DNA of 64,000 nucleotides from Calditrichales bacterium. GTDB taxonomy: Bacteria; Calditrichota; Calditrichia; Calditrichales; J004. The first letter of the stretch is position 1; every line of letters starts with the position of its first letter. The stretch is taken from the NCBI GenBank assembly GCA_965267575.1, contig OZ254086.1, forward strand, positions 4,416,001 through 4,480,000, read 5' to 3'. The notes beneath the pieces were generated by a model. The model did not search any database. It saw only the letters and a program-made list of their open reading frames with translations, and had not been told where the DNA came from. Below are positions 20,485-30,398 of the stretch, piece after piece. The translations under genes and the position numbers were made by a program.

Positions 20485-22359
20485 ATGTTTTTGCGTATGA
20501 TTGTTTTTACGGTTTTATCCGTTTTTGTATTTGTTAGCTGCGTTGAGCAGAAAAAGCTGGCAGAAGTTGTAACCGACCCGCACAGTTATGCCAATTTTGA
20601 AGATGTGGTTGTTGAACATCTGCATCTTGACCTTCAGCTTGATTTTGAAGCGAAGGTTATGCGCGGCAAGGCAGAGCTTTCGATAAACAATAAAAGCGGC
20701 GTAAAGGAACTTGTTCTCGATACGCGCCAGCTTAACATTAAAAGCGTGACTCTGGATGATGAGGACGCTGCGGTTGAATTTGTGATGGGTCCGGCGCATC
20801 CGTTGGAAGGCAGCTCGCTGACTATCCCGATAAGCGATTCTACAAAAACAGTTCATATCTCGTATTCCACCAGCCCTGAAGCCGAAGCGCTGCAATGGCT
20901 GGAGCCGGAACTGACCACCGGGGGCAACCTGCCCTTTCTGTTTTCCCAGAACCAGCCGATCCTGGCTCGCACCTGGATACCCTGCCAGGACAGCCCCGCC
21001 GTGCGGATGACTTACACGGCACGCATCAAAACACGGCCCGACGTTCTGGTTGTGATGAGCGCTGAAAATCCGATTGAAAAGAGTCCCGACGGCGAATACC
21101 TGTTTACCATGACGCAGCCTATCCCCAGTTATTTGATCGCTTTGGCCGCCGGTGACCTGGCCTTTGGCGAGCTGGGACCGCGGAGCGGCGTTTACGCCGA
21201 ACCGTCGGTGCTGGAAAAAGCCGTTTATGAATTTGGCGATACGGAAAAGATGATGGACGCGGCCGAAGCGTTGTACGGCCCCTATCGCTGGGAACGCTAC
21301 GATATCCTGGTGCTGCCGCCGAGTTTTCCTTTTGGCGGCATGGAGAATCCGCGGCTGACCTTTGCCACCCCGACAATCCTTGCCGGCGACCGCTCGCTGA
21401 ATGCGCTGGTGGCGCACGAGCTGGCCCACAGCTGGTCCGGCAACCTGGTGACCAACGCCACGTGGGAAGATATCTGGCTGAATGAAGGCTTTACCAGCTA
21501 TATCGAAAACCGCATCATCGAAGCGCTGTATAGCGAGGATTACGCTAATATGCTGAAAGTGCTTGACTACCAGAAACTGCAAAAGGAACTGGACAGGCTG
21601 GGACGCGAAGACCCCGATACGAAACTACATGTGGACCTGGAACAGCGTGACCCCGACGATGGCCTTAGCGCAATCGCATACGACAAAGGGCATTTTTTCC
21701 TGTACACGCTGGAAAAATATTTTGGCCGGGAAAAGTGGGACGCGTTCCTGCAAAAATACTTTGAGACGTTTGCCTTTAAGCCGATGACCAGCGCCAAATT
21801 TATTGATTTCGCGCGCGAACAGCTTGTGCAGGGCGACATACAGATGCGTCAGGACCTGGCGCTGCACCAATGGGTTTACGGGCCGGGGCTGCCGGAAAAT
21901 GTGGCTGTGCCCGGCTCCAATGAATTTGCCCGGGTGGACGCGCAACGCGAGGTGTTTATTAACGGCGCCGATGCTGCCACGCTGGAAACCGGCGACTGGA
22001 CTACACATCACTGGCTGTACTTTTTACGCAACCTGCCAAAGGACCTGACGCCGGAGCAGATGGCCGACCTGGACGAAGCATACGACCTGACCAGCCACGG
22101 CAATTCCGAAATACAGTTTGCCTGGCTTTACCTGACCGTGCCGGATAATTACGAGCCGGCGCAGCAGGCTGCCGAAACGTTTTTGAAAAACGTCGGGCGT
22201 ATTAAATTTGTGGCACCACTTTTTAGCGCTGTTATTAATAGTGACATGGGCCTTGAAGGAGCACAGCGTATTTACGGGGAGGCTAAAGAAGGCTACCATC
22301 CTCTGACGCGTCGTGCTGTAGAGGCGGTGTTGAACAGGCAAAGTGAGGAAAGCAGTTAA
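20485..22359 (+). CDS. M1 family aminopeptidase (leukotriene A4 hydrolase-like), lipoprotein
   Basis: GGMEN, HELAHSW-x18-E (WLNEG), AYDKG, VGRIKF; lipobox FVSC. Confidence 0.95.
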   Translation: MFLRMIVFTVLSVFVFVSCVEQKKLAEVVTDPHSYANFEDVVVEHLHLDLQLDFEAKVMRGKAELSINNKSGVKELVLDTRQLNIKSVTLDDEDAAVEFVMGPAHPLEGSSLTIPISDSTKTVHISYSTSPEAEALQWLEPELTTGGNLPFLFSQNQPILARTWIPCQDSPAVRMTYTARIKTRPDVLVVMSAENPIEKSPDGEYLFTMTQPIPSYLIALAAGDLAFGELGPRSGVYAEPSVLEKAVYEFGDTEKMMDAAEALYGPYRWERYDILVLPPSFPFGGMENPRLTFATPTILAGDRSLNALVAHELAHSWSGNLVTNATWEDIWLNEGFTSYIENRIIEALYSEDYANMLKVLDYQKLQKELDRLGREDPDTKLHVDLEQRDPDDGLSAIAYDKGHFFLYTLEKYFGREKWDAFLQKYFETFAFKPMTSAKFIDFAREQLVQGDIQMRQDLALHQWVYGPGLPENVAVPGSNEFARVDAQREVFINGADAATLETGDWTTHHWLYFLRNLPKDLTPEQMADLDEAYDLTSHGNSEIQFAWLYLTVPDNYEPAQQAAETFLKNVGRIKFVAPLFSAVINSDMGLEGAQRIYGEAKEGYHPLTRRAVEAVLNRQSEESS

Positions 22360-22447
22360 GGCTTGTTTCATGGTGTTGCCGTAAAAGCAGGTAGCGTGTC
22401 TCGCCTGCCGGGGATGTCCGGCTTATCGATACAAGGGACGCGCCCTG

Positions 22448-22628
22448 TGGATTCCTGCATGCGCAGGAATGACAATGGCGACGTTGTGAAAGATTGCATG
22501 GTCTATTTGAAAAAAGGCTTCCTTTGGTGTCATCCCCGCGAAGGCAGGGATCCATCACGTACTAAACAGGGGTGTCCCGTTTTACAAGGCAGGACGATCC
22601 GTGGATTCCCGCATGTGCAGGAATGACA
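22448..22628. repeat. Cluster of three REP-like palindromes (GTCATTCC-N8-GGAATCCA type) in alternating orientation
   Basis: 22448-22474 TGGATTCCTGCATGCGCAGGAATGACA; 22528-22554 TGTCATCCCCGCGAAGGCAGGGATCCA; 22602-22628 TGGATTCCCGCATGTGCAGGAATGACA. Confidence 0.85.
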
Positions 22629-22686
22629 GGATTGGGGGAATGTAACTCCGCAGAAACGAAATAATTAGGAAAGGGGTTTTTAAATT

Positions 22687-24753
22687 ATGAGACCAATGAT
22701 TTTTTTGGTTGTTTCACTTTTTATTGGCGCGATCGGCAAGCTGGCCGGGCAGACGCTGACCGCGCATGAACTGGTGGCGCTGAAGGACGTCGCCGACGTT
22801 TCCATCAGCAAGGATGGACGCTATATCGCCTACAAGGTATCGGTGCCGCGGGGCTATGCAGAGAAGCCCGGCTCCAACTGGGGCGAGCTGTATCTTTACG
22901 ATCGTGAAAGCGGTGAATCGAAGGGGCTGATGACCGGCAGCGTAACAATCTACGAGCCGCGGATAAGTCCGGATGGCAAGACGGTGGCATTCCGCTACAA
23001 GGGCAAGGGCGACTCCAGGCGCCAGGTCTACCACATGCCGCTGGATGGCAGCGACACGATACGCATAACAAACAGCGCGACAACCGTGGAAGCCTTCCGC
23101 TGGCGGCCAGACGGCAAGGCGATCGCCTATATAGCCGAAACGCCGGAAACGGAACGAGAGGAAACATTGGATTCGCTGGGCTATAATTTTATCTATTATG
23201 AAGAAGAGTGGAAGCACCAGAATATTTACCTGCAAGAGCTGGGCGGAGACGCGCGCCAACTAACCAGCAACATCACCGCCTGGGAAATTGACTTTTCACC
23301 CAAAGGCGACAAGATCGCTTTCAGCGGATCGGCCAAAAACCTGATCGACTATAAGTATGTTTTCAACCACATTTATCTGCTGGATGTGACCGGTGGCGAG
23401 TACAAACAGATATCAAAGAATCCTGGCAAACTGGCCAACTTTGCTTTCAGTCCGGATGGCCGGCATATCGCCTACTGCGGCGCGGCTTCCAAAAGTGATC
23501 ACCATGAGAGCCAGGCTTATGTGATCCCGGCGGAAGGCGGCACGGCTATCAACCTGACGCCTCCCAACTTTATGGGCCACATTGAGTGGGTTGGCTGGAT
23601 GGACAAGGACCAGGTGCTGTATCGCGCGGCGGAGGGCACGGCCATGTCGCTCAATATTGTCCCGCGGGATGGCGGCGATCGCACCGTGTTGCTGCACTCT
23701 GAAGAAAACGGCAACGGGGTGATTTTTTTCGAGCCACAGTACACGGCCAACCTGAAGCACGTGGCTTTTGCCGGCCAGACGCCCACACATCCCGACGAGC
23801 TGTTCTACTGGCAGCCGGGACAATCGCCGCAGCGCCTTACCAACCTGAACCCGATTCTGGAAGAGCGTGAGCTGGGTAAGCAGGAAGTGTACACGTACAA
23901 AGCGCGCGACGGCCAGGAGATCGAAGGCATCTTGATTTATCCCGTGGGTTATGAAGAGGACAAGCGTTATCCGCTGATTATGCAGGTCCATGGCGGTCCC
24001 GAATCGCATTATCCTAACCGCTTTGTATCGCGTTACGCCAATCCTGGGCAAACGCTGGCCGGTGAAGACTACCTGGTGTTCTTCCCCAATTACCGGGCAA
24101 GCACGGGCTACGGGCTAGAGTTCGCGGCGGTTGGTTACGGTGATGCGGCAGGGGTGGAGTTTGATGACGTCGCCGATGGTATCGACGCGCTGATTGCTGA
24201 CGGTTTGGCCGATAAAGAACGCGTTGGCCTGGGTGGCAAGTCATACGGTGGTTATGCCTCGGCCTGGTTTGCCACATACTACACGGAGAAGGTGAATGCA
24301 GTCTGCATGTTTGTGGGCATCTCCGATCTGATCAGCAAGCGCGGTACCACGGACATACCGTACGAAGAACTGTATGTGCACTCCGGCCAGAAGCTGGAGG
24401 AGATGTGGCAGCAAAGCCTGGAACGCAGCCCGATATATCACGCCCATAAGAGCAAAACCGCCACCCTTATCTACGGCGGAGCGGACGATACGCGCGTGCA
24501 TCCTTCGCAGAGCTTTGAGCTTTACCGGCGTATGAAGATGAACGATCACCCGGCAGTACGCCTGGTGCAATACCCCGGCGAAAAGCACGACAACAACAAG
24601 CAGACCAGTAAACTGGATCTATGCCTGCGCCAGATTGACTGGTTTAACTGGTATGTACGCGACAACAAGCCGCTGGACGGTCCCATGCCCCCGCTGGACA
24701 TCAGCGACAAATACGGGCTGGATTTGGATGATGGGGATATGGCGAAGAAGTAA
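22687..24753 (+). CDS. S9 family peptidase (dipeptidyl aminopeptidase/acylaminoacyl peptidase)
   Basis: PD40 repeats (SPDG), VHGGPE, GKSYGG, DDTRV, YPGEKH catalytic triad. Confidence 0.93.
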   Translation: MRPMIFLVVSLFIGAIGKLAGQTLTAHELVALKDVADVSISKDGRYIAYKVSVPRGYAEKPGSNWGELYLYDRESGESKGLMTGSVTIYEPRISPDGKTVAFRYKGKGDSRRQVYHMPLDGSDTIRITNSATTVEAFRWRPDGKAIAYIAETPETEREETLDSLGYNFIYYEEEWKHQNIYLQELGGDARQLTSNITAWEIDFSPKGDKIAFSGSAKNLIDYKYVFNHIYLLDVTGGEYKQISKNPGKLANFAFSPDGRHIAYCGAASKSDHHESQAYVIPAEGGTAINLTPPNFMGHIEWVGWMDKDQVLYRAAEGTAMSLNIVPRDGGDRTVLLHSEENGNGVIFFEPQYTANLKHVAFAGQTPTHPDELFYWQPGQSPQRLTNLNPILEERELGKQEVYTYKARDGQEIEGILIYPVGYEEDKRYPLIMQVHGGPESHYPNRFVSRYANPGQTLAGEDYLVFFPNYRASTGYGLEFAAVGYGDAAGVEFDDVADGIDALIADGLADKERVGLGGKSYGGYASAWFATYYTEKVNAVCMFVGISDLISKRGTTDIPYEELYVHSGQKLEEMWQQSLERSPIYHAHKSKTATLIYGGADDTRVHPSQSFELYRRMKMNDHPAVRLVQYPGEKHDNNKQTSKLDLCLRQIDWFNWYVRDNKPLDGPMPPLDISDKYGLDLDDGDMAKK

Positions 24754-24766
24754 TAACAATTTGGTT

Positions 24767-24793
24767 GTAGAGACGCACGGCCGTGCGTCTCTA
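24767..24793. repeat. GTAG-family REP palindrome upstream of the RAYT gene
   Basis: GTAGAGACGCACGGCCGTGCGTCTCTA. Confidence 0.9.
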
Positions 24794-24818
24794 TATTGTT
24801 TTTGTCCAGGCATCCAAA

Positions 24819-25394
24819 ATGAATGACAAATACAAAAATAAATATCGAATCCCATCCGCGAGATTGAGCGGTTGGGATTACAGTCAAAATGGCTATTACT
24901 TCATTACGGTGTGCACAGCCAATCGAGAAAAACTGTTCGGTGAGATAATAGATACAAAAATGGTTTTGTCAGAAACAGGTATTATCGTAATGGAAGAATG
25001 GGAAAATTCTTTCAAAATACGCACCGAATTGTTTTGCGACGTGTTTGTAATAATGCCAAATCATATTCACGCCATTCTGCGCATTGAAAAACCGGAATAT
25101 GATGTTAAACGCTGTAGAGACGCACGGCCGTGCGTCTCTACAATGGCGACAACTGGAGACAAACAATCTTACGGTGTGGCCTATCGATCCCCTAAATCTA
25201 TTTCCTCATTTGTAGCTGGATTTAAATCAGTGGCAACCAGAAAAATTAATGTTCTTCGAAATACGCCAGGATTACCTGTTTGGCAAACCCGTTTTCACGA
25301 CCACATCATTAGGGACATAAAAACGTATCACCGGATCGCACACTACATTAATAATAATCCGGCCTTATGGCAGGAAGACAAATACTATAAATGA
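24819..25394 (+). mobile_element. REP-associated tyrosine (Y1/HUH) transposase, RAYT/IS200-like
   Basis: RLSGWDYS..YFITVCT, HUH motif MPNHIHAI, FKS, WQTRFHDHIIR, catalytic Tyr in YINNNP. Confidence 0.9.
25114..25141. repeat. GTAG-family REP palindrome inside the RAYT coding sequence
   Basis: Perfect 28-bp palindrome GTAGAGACGCACGGCCGTGCGTCTCTAC, read as RDARPCVST. Confidence 0.9.
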
Positions 25395-25502
25395 TTATTT
25401 ACATTTTGGAAAATATAATATTAAATATTTGAACACTCCACCCTCCCCTTCTTATGTTGCCCATACACATAATCTTCAAAAACAGGTTACTAGTTATTTT
25501 TT

Positions 25503-25946
25503 ATGATACGTGTTCACATAGTAGAAACCATCCACCGCCCGGTGGAAGAGGTGTTTGAGCAGCTGACCGATATTTCCAATTGGCCCACATGGATGTCTAA
25601 AAATGGCATCTTTATCACCTGCCGCCAGGAATCCGATGGACCCGTAGCGCAAGGGACAACCTATATGGACATCACCAAAATGGGTAAGATAAAAGGCGAG
25701 GTCAGCGAAATGGAAAAGCCGCGCAAGGTGGTATTTCACTATTGGGCGCGACTGTTTGGTTCCAAAATGATGGAAGGCTGGCCGGGCTACGAGCTGCAGA
25801 AGCTTGGTCCGCAAAAGACCAAAGTGATCCACCATGCGGAGGGCCGTTTATTTGGCTGGTTCAAGCTGTTCAAACCACTGGTTCAGAAGATTGCCAACAA
25901 GGAGAGGCGGCTTACCTTACAGTCGCTGAAGCGCTCGCTGGAATAA
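25503..25946 (+). CDS. SRPBCC (polyketide cyclase/dehydrase-like) family protein
   Basis: IHRPVEEVFEQLTDISNWPTW and C-terminal LQSLKRSLE. Confidence 0.85.
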   Translation: MIRVHIVETIHRPVEEVFEQLTDISNWPTWMSKNGIFITCRQESDGPVAQGTTYMDITKMGKIKGEVSEMEKPRKVVFHYWARLFGSKMMEGWPGYELQKLGPQKTKVIHHAEGRLFGWFKLFKPLVQKIANKERRLTLQSLKRSLE

Positions 25947-25972
25947 TCAGTAAATAAATAAAGGCTCAGCCC

Positions 25973-27385
25973 TTATATAGCGTTGTTCTCCTCAAACCAG
26001 CTGATAATGTGCGGATAAAGATCCGCCAGTGTTTGTCCGGCTTTACGGTTTTTATACAATGTAGTCAGATAGCCGTTGAACTGTTCAAACATAATAAAGC
26101 CACGGCTTCTAACCATCATCCGTTCCACGCGGTCAAACATTTTTTCGTGCTCTTCCTCCGGCGCGTAATCAATAAAGCGCAGGCACACCAGCCCCCAGTT
26201 TAAATATTCATTGAAAACGGCATTGCCGCCATAGTAATCGTCGGGCCGGCTTTTCTCCACCCACTTGGCGCGGTTGCTGACGGCCTTTGCCACACGTTGA
26301 AAATATTTGTCTGCTTCCGGGTTGATGTAACCATGGTTCAGCTCGGTAAAAACAATATTGCCGCGGAAGATGCGTTCCGATTGCTTAGAAAGTCTCCCCC
26401 AGGAGCCACCGCGGAAATCGGCCGGGTAAGGGAAATTGACGTGTGGCTGCAATTCACGGAAGCCATTGCTCTCAAACCACGTAACCGACTGGTTGTAAGA
26501 GACCAGCGGCGAAAAGATGATGTTATAGTAATCGTATGGATCTGCTTCGGGGAAGTGGCTGCTCAGCCAGCGCTCCATTTCCCTGACATCTGCCGTATCA
26601 CGGTAAAAAGCGATCTGATTTTCATATATGGAATGATGGTTTTTAAAAAAGTTGCGGAAACCGCTGGCGTCGGCGAAGGACTGCATATCTTCAAGATAAG
26701 GGCGCAGCGAATTATTACGATTTCCGGCAAAACCGGTACGATCATATATTTTGCTTTGAATGATTTTATCGTTGTCATCAAACACAAACGCATTGCCGTT
26801 CATCTTTATCGAGGCATAAAAGCCGCTGTTGCTTTTAAACAGGGAATCCAATTTGGTGACCAGGCTGTGTTCTTTAAACGGGTCAAACCATTCACGCATG
26901 CTTTTATAATAGTGTGAGTTTTGATATACATAATTGCTGTTTTTTTGACCCAGCCCGGTTAAGGCGAACGCCACATTGACCAGTTCATAAACTTCAGGAA
27001 CCTGTATATCGATCTTTCCACGGTGAATGCTTTGGTAATCTTCATCGAAAACGGCAGCCGGTATAAAGCGTTTCCCAATAATTTGCGTGTAGCATAACTT
27101 CCCATCATACTCAATGATAAAATTGTAGGTTTTGCCTTCCTCCACCTCAAATCCAATAGAATCGACGTCCGTAATAAAAACGACTTTATGTGCTTTCCCG
27201 TTGATCAGGTCAGCCTGGTACACATCCGGTTTAAATTCCGGCGCGAGGCGCCAGGCGTTTTTTCTAAAATTCTCACCATCCAGAACAGATATTACAGGAA
27301 CATTTGATTTGATGGTTGGCTGATCCTGGGCGTACACTAAGACGAGTGTTAACAGGATATACAAAGTAATAAGGGGCGTTTTCAT
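25973..27385 (-). CDS. Exported protein, DUF4932-like
   Basis: Signal peptide; VPEVYELVN, FTELNHGYINP, FNEYLNWG. Confidence 0.65.
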   Translation of the reverse strand: MKTPLITLYILLTLVLVYAQDQPTIKSNVPVISVLDGENFRKNAWRLAPEFKPDVYQADLINGKAHKVVFITDVDSIGFEVEEGKTYNFIIEYDGKLCYTQIIGKRFIPAAVFDEDYQSIHRGKIDIQVPEVYELVNVAFALTGLGQKNSNYVYQNSHYYKSMREWFDPFKEHSLVTKLDSLFKSNSGFYASIKMNGNAFVFDDNDKIIQSKIYDRTGFAGNRNNSLRPYLEDMQSFADASGFRNFFKNHHSIYENQIAFYRDTADVREMERWLSSHFPEADPYDYYNIIFSPLVSYNQSVTWFESNGFRELQPHVNFPYPADFRGGSWGRLSKQSERIFRGNIVFTELNHGYINPEADKYFQRVAKAVSNRAKWVEKSRPDDYYGGNAVFNEYLNWGLVCLRFIDYAPEEEHEKMFDRVERMMVRSRGFIMFEQFNGYLTTLYKNRKAGQTLADLYPHIISWFEENNAI

Positions 27386-27570
27386 TTTTTTTCTCCATCT
27401 TTTTGCTTTTGACAGCCCTATGACGCAAAAAACCGGCAATTGTTATCGTATATGGAAATTTTCCGGAAATGTCGATACAGCTTGTTCTCAGGCACGCGAT
27501 TTGATTGTGCCGGAAGGGTGCTGTATTATCATGAATCCGTCTTACTCCCCGTTCAAAAGGGAGAAGTATT

Positions 27571-27705
27571 ATGACACCAATAATAATGATTATTACTTAT
27601 GCCATTCCGTTTATAATTATTGCCTTTTTTATGTGGCTGGCACTGCGCTTTGTAAATGCTATTGAACGCATCGCCAATAGCGTGGATAACAAAAGGAATC
27701 CGTAG
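27571..27705 (+). CDS. Small membrane protein (44 aa), not in the ORF track
   Basis: AAGGGAG RBS; MTPIIMIITYAIPFIIIAFFMWLALRFVNAIERIANSVDNKRNP. Confidence 0.65.
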   Translation: MTPIIMIITYAIPFIIIAFFMWLALRFVNAIERIANSVDNKRNP

Positions 27706-27797
27706 GATTTTCTGCGATCTCCGCGCTTGCTTTTTAAGCAGCCTTTCCTTACCCTGTCACGTTTTTTACCCAACGACTAACTTCCGGGGGATGACTG

Positions 27798-29357
27798 ATG
27801 AGGCTAAGGATCTGGTTTTTGATGGTTGCAGCAGTATTGATGTATGGCAGCGTGCAATCAGCTGTGGCGCAAACGATCACAAGTGAACTTCCCTTTTTGC
27901 ACCCGATTGAGCAAACGGACGCCGGATACACAGGACCGGGCGTGGAATGGGTATTATCAAAAGGAATCGAAAGCCGGTTTCTGCTTTTTGGCGAGCAGCA
28001 CGGCGTTGAGGGCATCGCTCAATTTGTTGCCTTCGTATACGATCGCTTAAACGGTGAAGGCTACCACCACCTGGCCCTTGAGGTTGACCGCTGGACAACC
28101 TCGCGCATCGAACAGGACGGCTTGTCCGCGTTTATTCAAAAATATCCACACTCCCTGGCTTTCGATACAAACGGCGATCTGGAGTTGATCGCGACGACCC
28201 TGCGCAATGATACCACAAAAAACCCACAAACACTGTGGGGACTTGATCAAATGATCACCGCGATCCACCCTTTTCAACGGTTGGAGACGATTGCCCCAAA
28301 CATGTCTGCTGCCAGGCTGGCGAGAGGCGCGTCTTTAAAGGCCAGCCTTAAAATGGGCGAATACCTGCGTCAGGACCATTACCAGGACCTGGAGCGCCTG
28401 CAAGAGGCGTTTGCTCTGCAGACCGGCAGCGAGGCAGCGCTAATCCTGGAAGACCTGCAAACCTCGATGAAAATATACGTGGCCTGGCGCGCCGGTCAAC
28501 GCGGGGAAATTTCAAGGCAGGTGTCACCTGAAATGCGCGAAACGATGATGAAAGAGAGACTCGCCGACTATGTCGCAGCAACGGGACAATCAGGGCCAAA
28601 AACCGTTTTTAAGATGGGTGGCGCGCACACAATGTATGGTGTTGGCCCCAACGGGATAGAAACACTGGGCGAATACGCCCGCCAAATGGCATCAAAAAGC
28701 GGCAACAAAACCCTTTCTGTATCGCTCAGGGCATTCAGGGACGAGTTGGCGTTTCCGGATTCAAGCCATTTTGGAGATGCCGCTATGCTACTCCTGGACA
28801 CAAAAGGATATGCGCAACAGGCGCAAGAGGATTCGTTACCGCCACTCGGTCAATATGACGCACAGTTCGATGCTATCATCTACCTGGCAAATGCCACACG
28901 AGCCTCTTCGTCTATCGTCAGGCAGGAGGAAAATAAATTCAGGTCCGCCCTGATTACAACGCTGGCAGCCGGCATGGGACCGGGTTTACTGCTTTTAACG
29001 GTTTTGATACCGCTGTTTGTAAAGTTATTCAGGCGCCAGGACGATAATGTGTTAAATCCCGCGAAGCCATTCTATCTTCTTTTTTTGTTTTCTCTGCTGG
29101 TTTTTGCCGTAACCGCCCTGCAGATATATGCGATTAGAAATTATCCCGACTTCAGCGCAGCAATCGGCGGTTTTCCTGATCCTTGGCTTTTTGTGCTTTA
29201 TGTTGTGGCCGGGCTGTTTTTGCTTTTAAACGCTTTTGCCGCGTGGCGGAAGAACCACTGGTCGCTATTTAGCAGGATTTACTTTACGGTTATGATGCTT
29301 TGCTTCCTGTGGTTTAGTACCTTTCTATTTTACTGCAATATAGGTGGTATGTTTTAG
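27798..29357 (+). CDS. Exported EreA/ChaN/TraB-like domain with C-terminal membrane helices
   Basis: LFGEQHG, LALEVD, WGLDQ, MGGAH; four C-terminal TM segments. Confidence 0.6.
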   Translation: MRLRIWFLMVAAVLMYGSVQSAVAQTITSELPFLHPIEQTDAGYTGPGVEWVLSKGIESRFLLFGEQHGVEGIAQFVAFVYDRLNGEGYHHLALEVDRWTTSRIEQDGLSAFIQKYPHSLAFDTNGDLELIATTLRNDTTKNPQTLWGLDQMITAIHPFQRLETIAPNMSAARLARGASLKASLKMGEYLRQDHYQDLERLQEAFALQTGSEAALILEDLQTSMKIYVAWRAGQRGEISRQVSPEMRETMMKERLADYVAATGQSGPKTVFKMGGAHTMYGVGPNGIETLGEYARQMASKSGNKTLSVSLRAFRDELAFPDSSHFGDAAMLLLDTKGYAQQAQEDSLPPLGQYDAQFDAIIYLANATRASSSIVRQEENKFRSALITTLAAGMGPGLLLLTVLIPLFVKLFRRQDDNVLNPAKPFYLLFLFSLLVFAVTALQIYAIRNYPDFSAAIGGFPDPWLFVLYVVAGLFLLLNAFAAWRKNHWSLFSRIYFTVMMLCFLWFSTFLFYCNIGGMF

Positions 29358-29359
29358 TC

Positions 29360-30244
29360 ATGGGTTCAGGTTATGCCGGTCCGGCGTTTAATTTGCTAAA
29401 AGCGTTTTTGCTCATGGCCCTTCTCATTTTGCCGGGCTGTTTCACCAAAGCACAACACGAGCTTTTATTCCGCGCTAAACCGCTGCGGTCGGATTCCGCG
29501 GTCTCCGGTTCTGCTTTTGCCGGCCGGATTCGCAAACTGCCTTTAAATGATCGCGAGGCAGCTATTGCAAAAGAAATTCTCTCCGGGAATGTGCCTGCTT
29601 TTTCGCGCAGCTTCTGCCCCGTTACCGTGAAGCAGGAGCTGGATGGCCGGATTTACACGCTCACGTTTTACGCGACAAATGATTACCTGGCTGTGGGCTC
29701 GGAGCAGGACTATTTCTACACGCCGCTGACACCCGGGTCGGCGCAACTGCTGGCCGATACGCTGGACTGCCTGCTGCCCACCTCTAAAATGGTTGACTTC
29801 ATCTATGAAGCCGCCAAAATCAAACTTACACCACAGCCGATCGCGCCATCGGACACGATGACCACCGTCCCCGTATTTTGGCAACATACAGATTCCATAA
29901 AGACCCAGTTTGCCGTGCGCGGATTGAAACGATCACAAAAGACGCTTGTGGCCGGGCATAAGAAGGATATCATCATCTCAAATAAAATTTACAGCAGTGA
30001 CCGCTCCTTTGACCGGGTCGTCATCTACGGCTGGCACAAAGCTGTGGGCGATCCCATCCAGCCGGTGTACAACGGGCACGGGGCGCGCTACGCGGATTAC
30101 TCCCACGGCGTAAGGCTGATCTCCAATAGCGCGCTACTAAATGGCGATACGATAAGAGTTGCGGATGTCCTAAAGGACGAAAATCTTGCCCCACTTCTAA
30201 GCGACGAAGGTATTATACAAAAGCCGCATTATCCCCGCCGCTGA
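29360..30244 (+). CDS. Conserved hypothetical exported protein/lipoprotein
   Basis: LPGC lipobox-like; motifs GNVP, DYLAVGS, AGHKKD, IYGWH, YADYSHG. Confidence 0.7.
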   Translation: MGSGYAGPAFNLLKAFLLMALLILPGCFTKAQHELLFRAKPLRSDSAVSGSAFAGRIRKLPLNDREAAIAKEILSGNVPAFSRSFCPVTVKQELDGRIYTLTFYATNDYLAVGSEQDYFYTPLTPGSAQLLADTLDCLLPTSKMVDFIYEAAKIKLTPQPIAPSDTMTTVPVFWQHTDSIKTQFAVRGLKRSQKTLVAGHKKDIIISNKIYSSDRSFDRVVIYGWHKAVGDPIQPVYNGHGARYADYSHGVRLISNSALLNGDTIRVADVLKDENLAPLLSDEGIIQKPHYPRR

Positions 30245-30398
30245 CTCTCATGTCGATTTCTTCGTTTTAAAAAATATTTATCGCTTTTACTGCGTTTGCT
30301 TTCAAACAAAAGACGGCCAAAGTAACTATTTTTTAATGCAACCGCTTTCTTATATTAGGTGTCTTGAAATCTTAGATAAAACACATATTGAGGGAATA

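Noticed and set aside
22448..22628. Possible CRISPR array
   Set aside because: The repeats alternate in orientation, are divergent and unevenly spaced, and there are no cas genes; they are REP-like instead.
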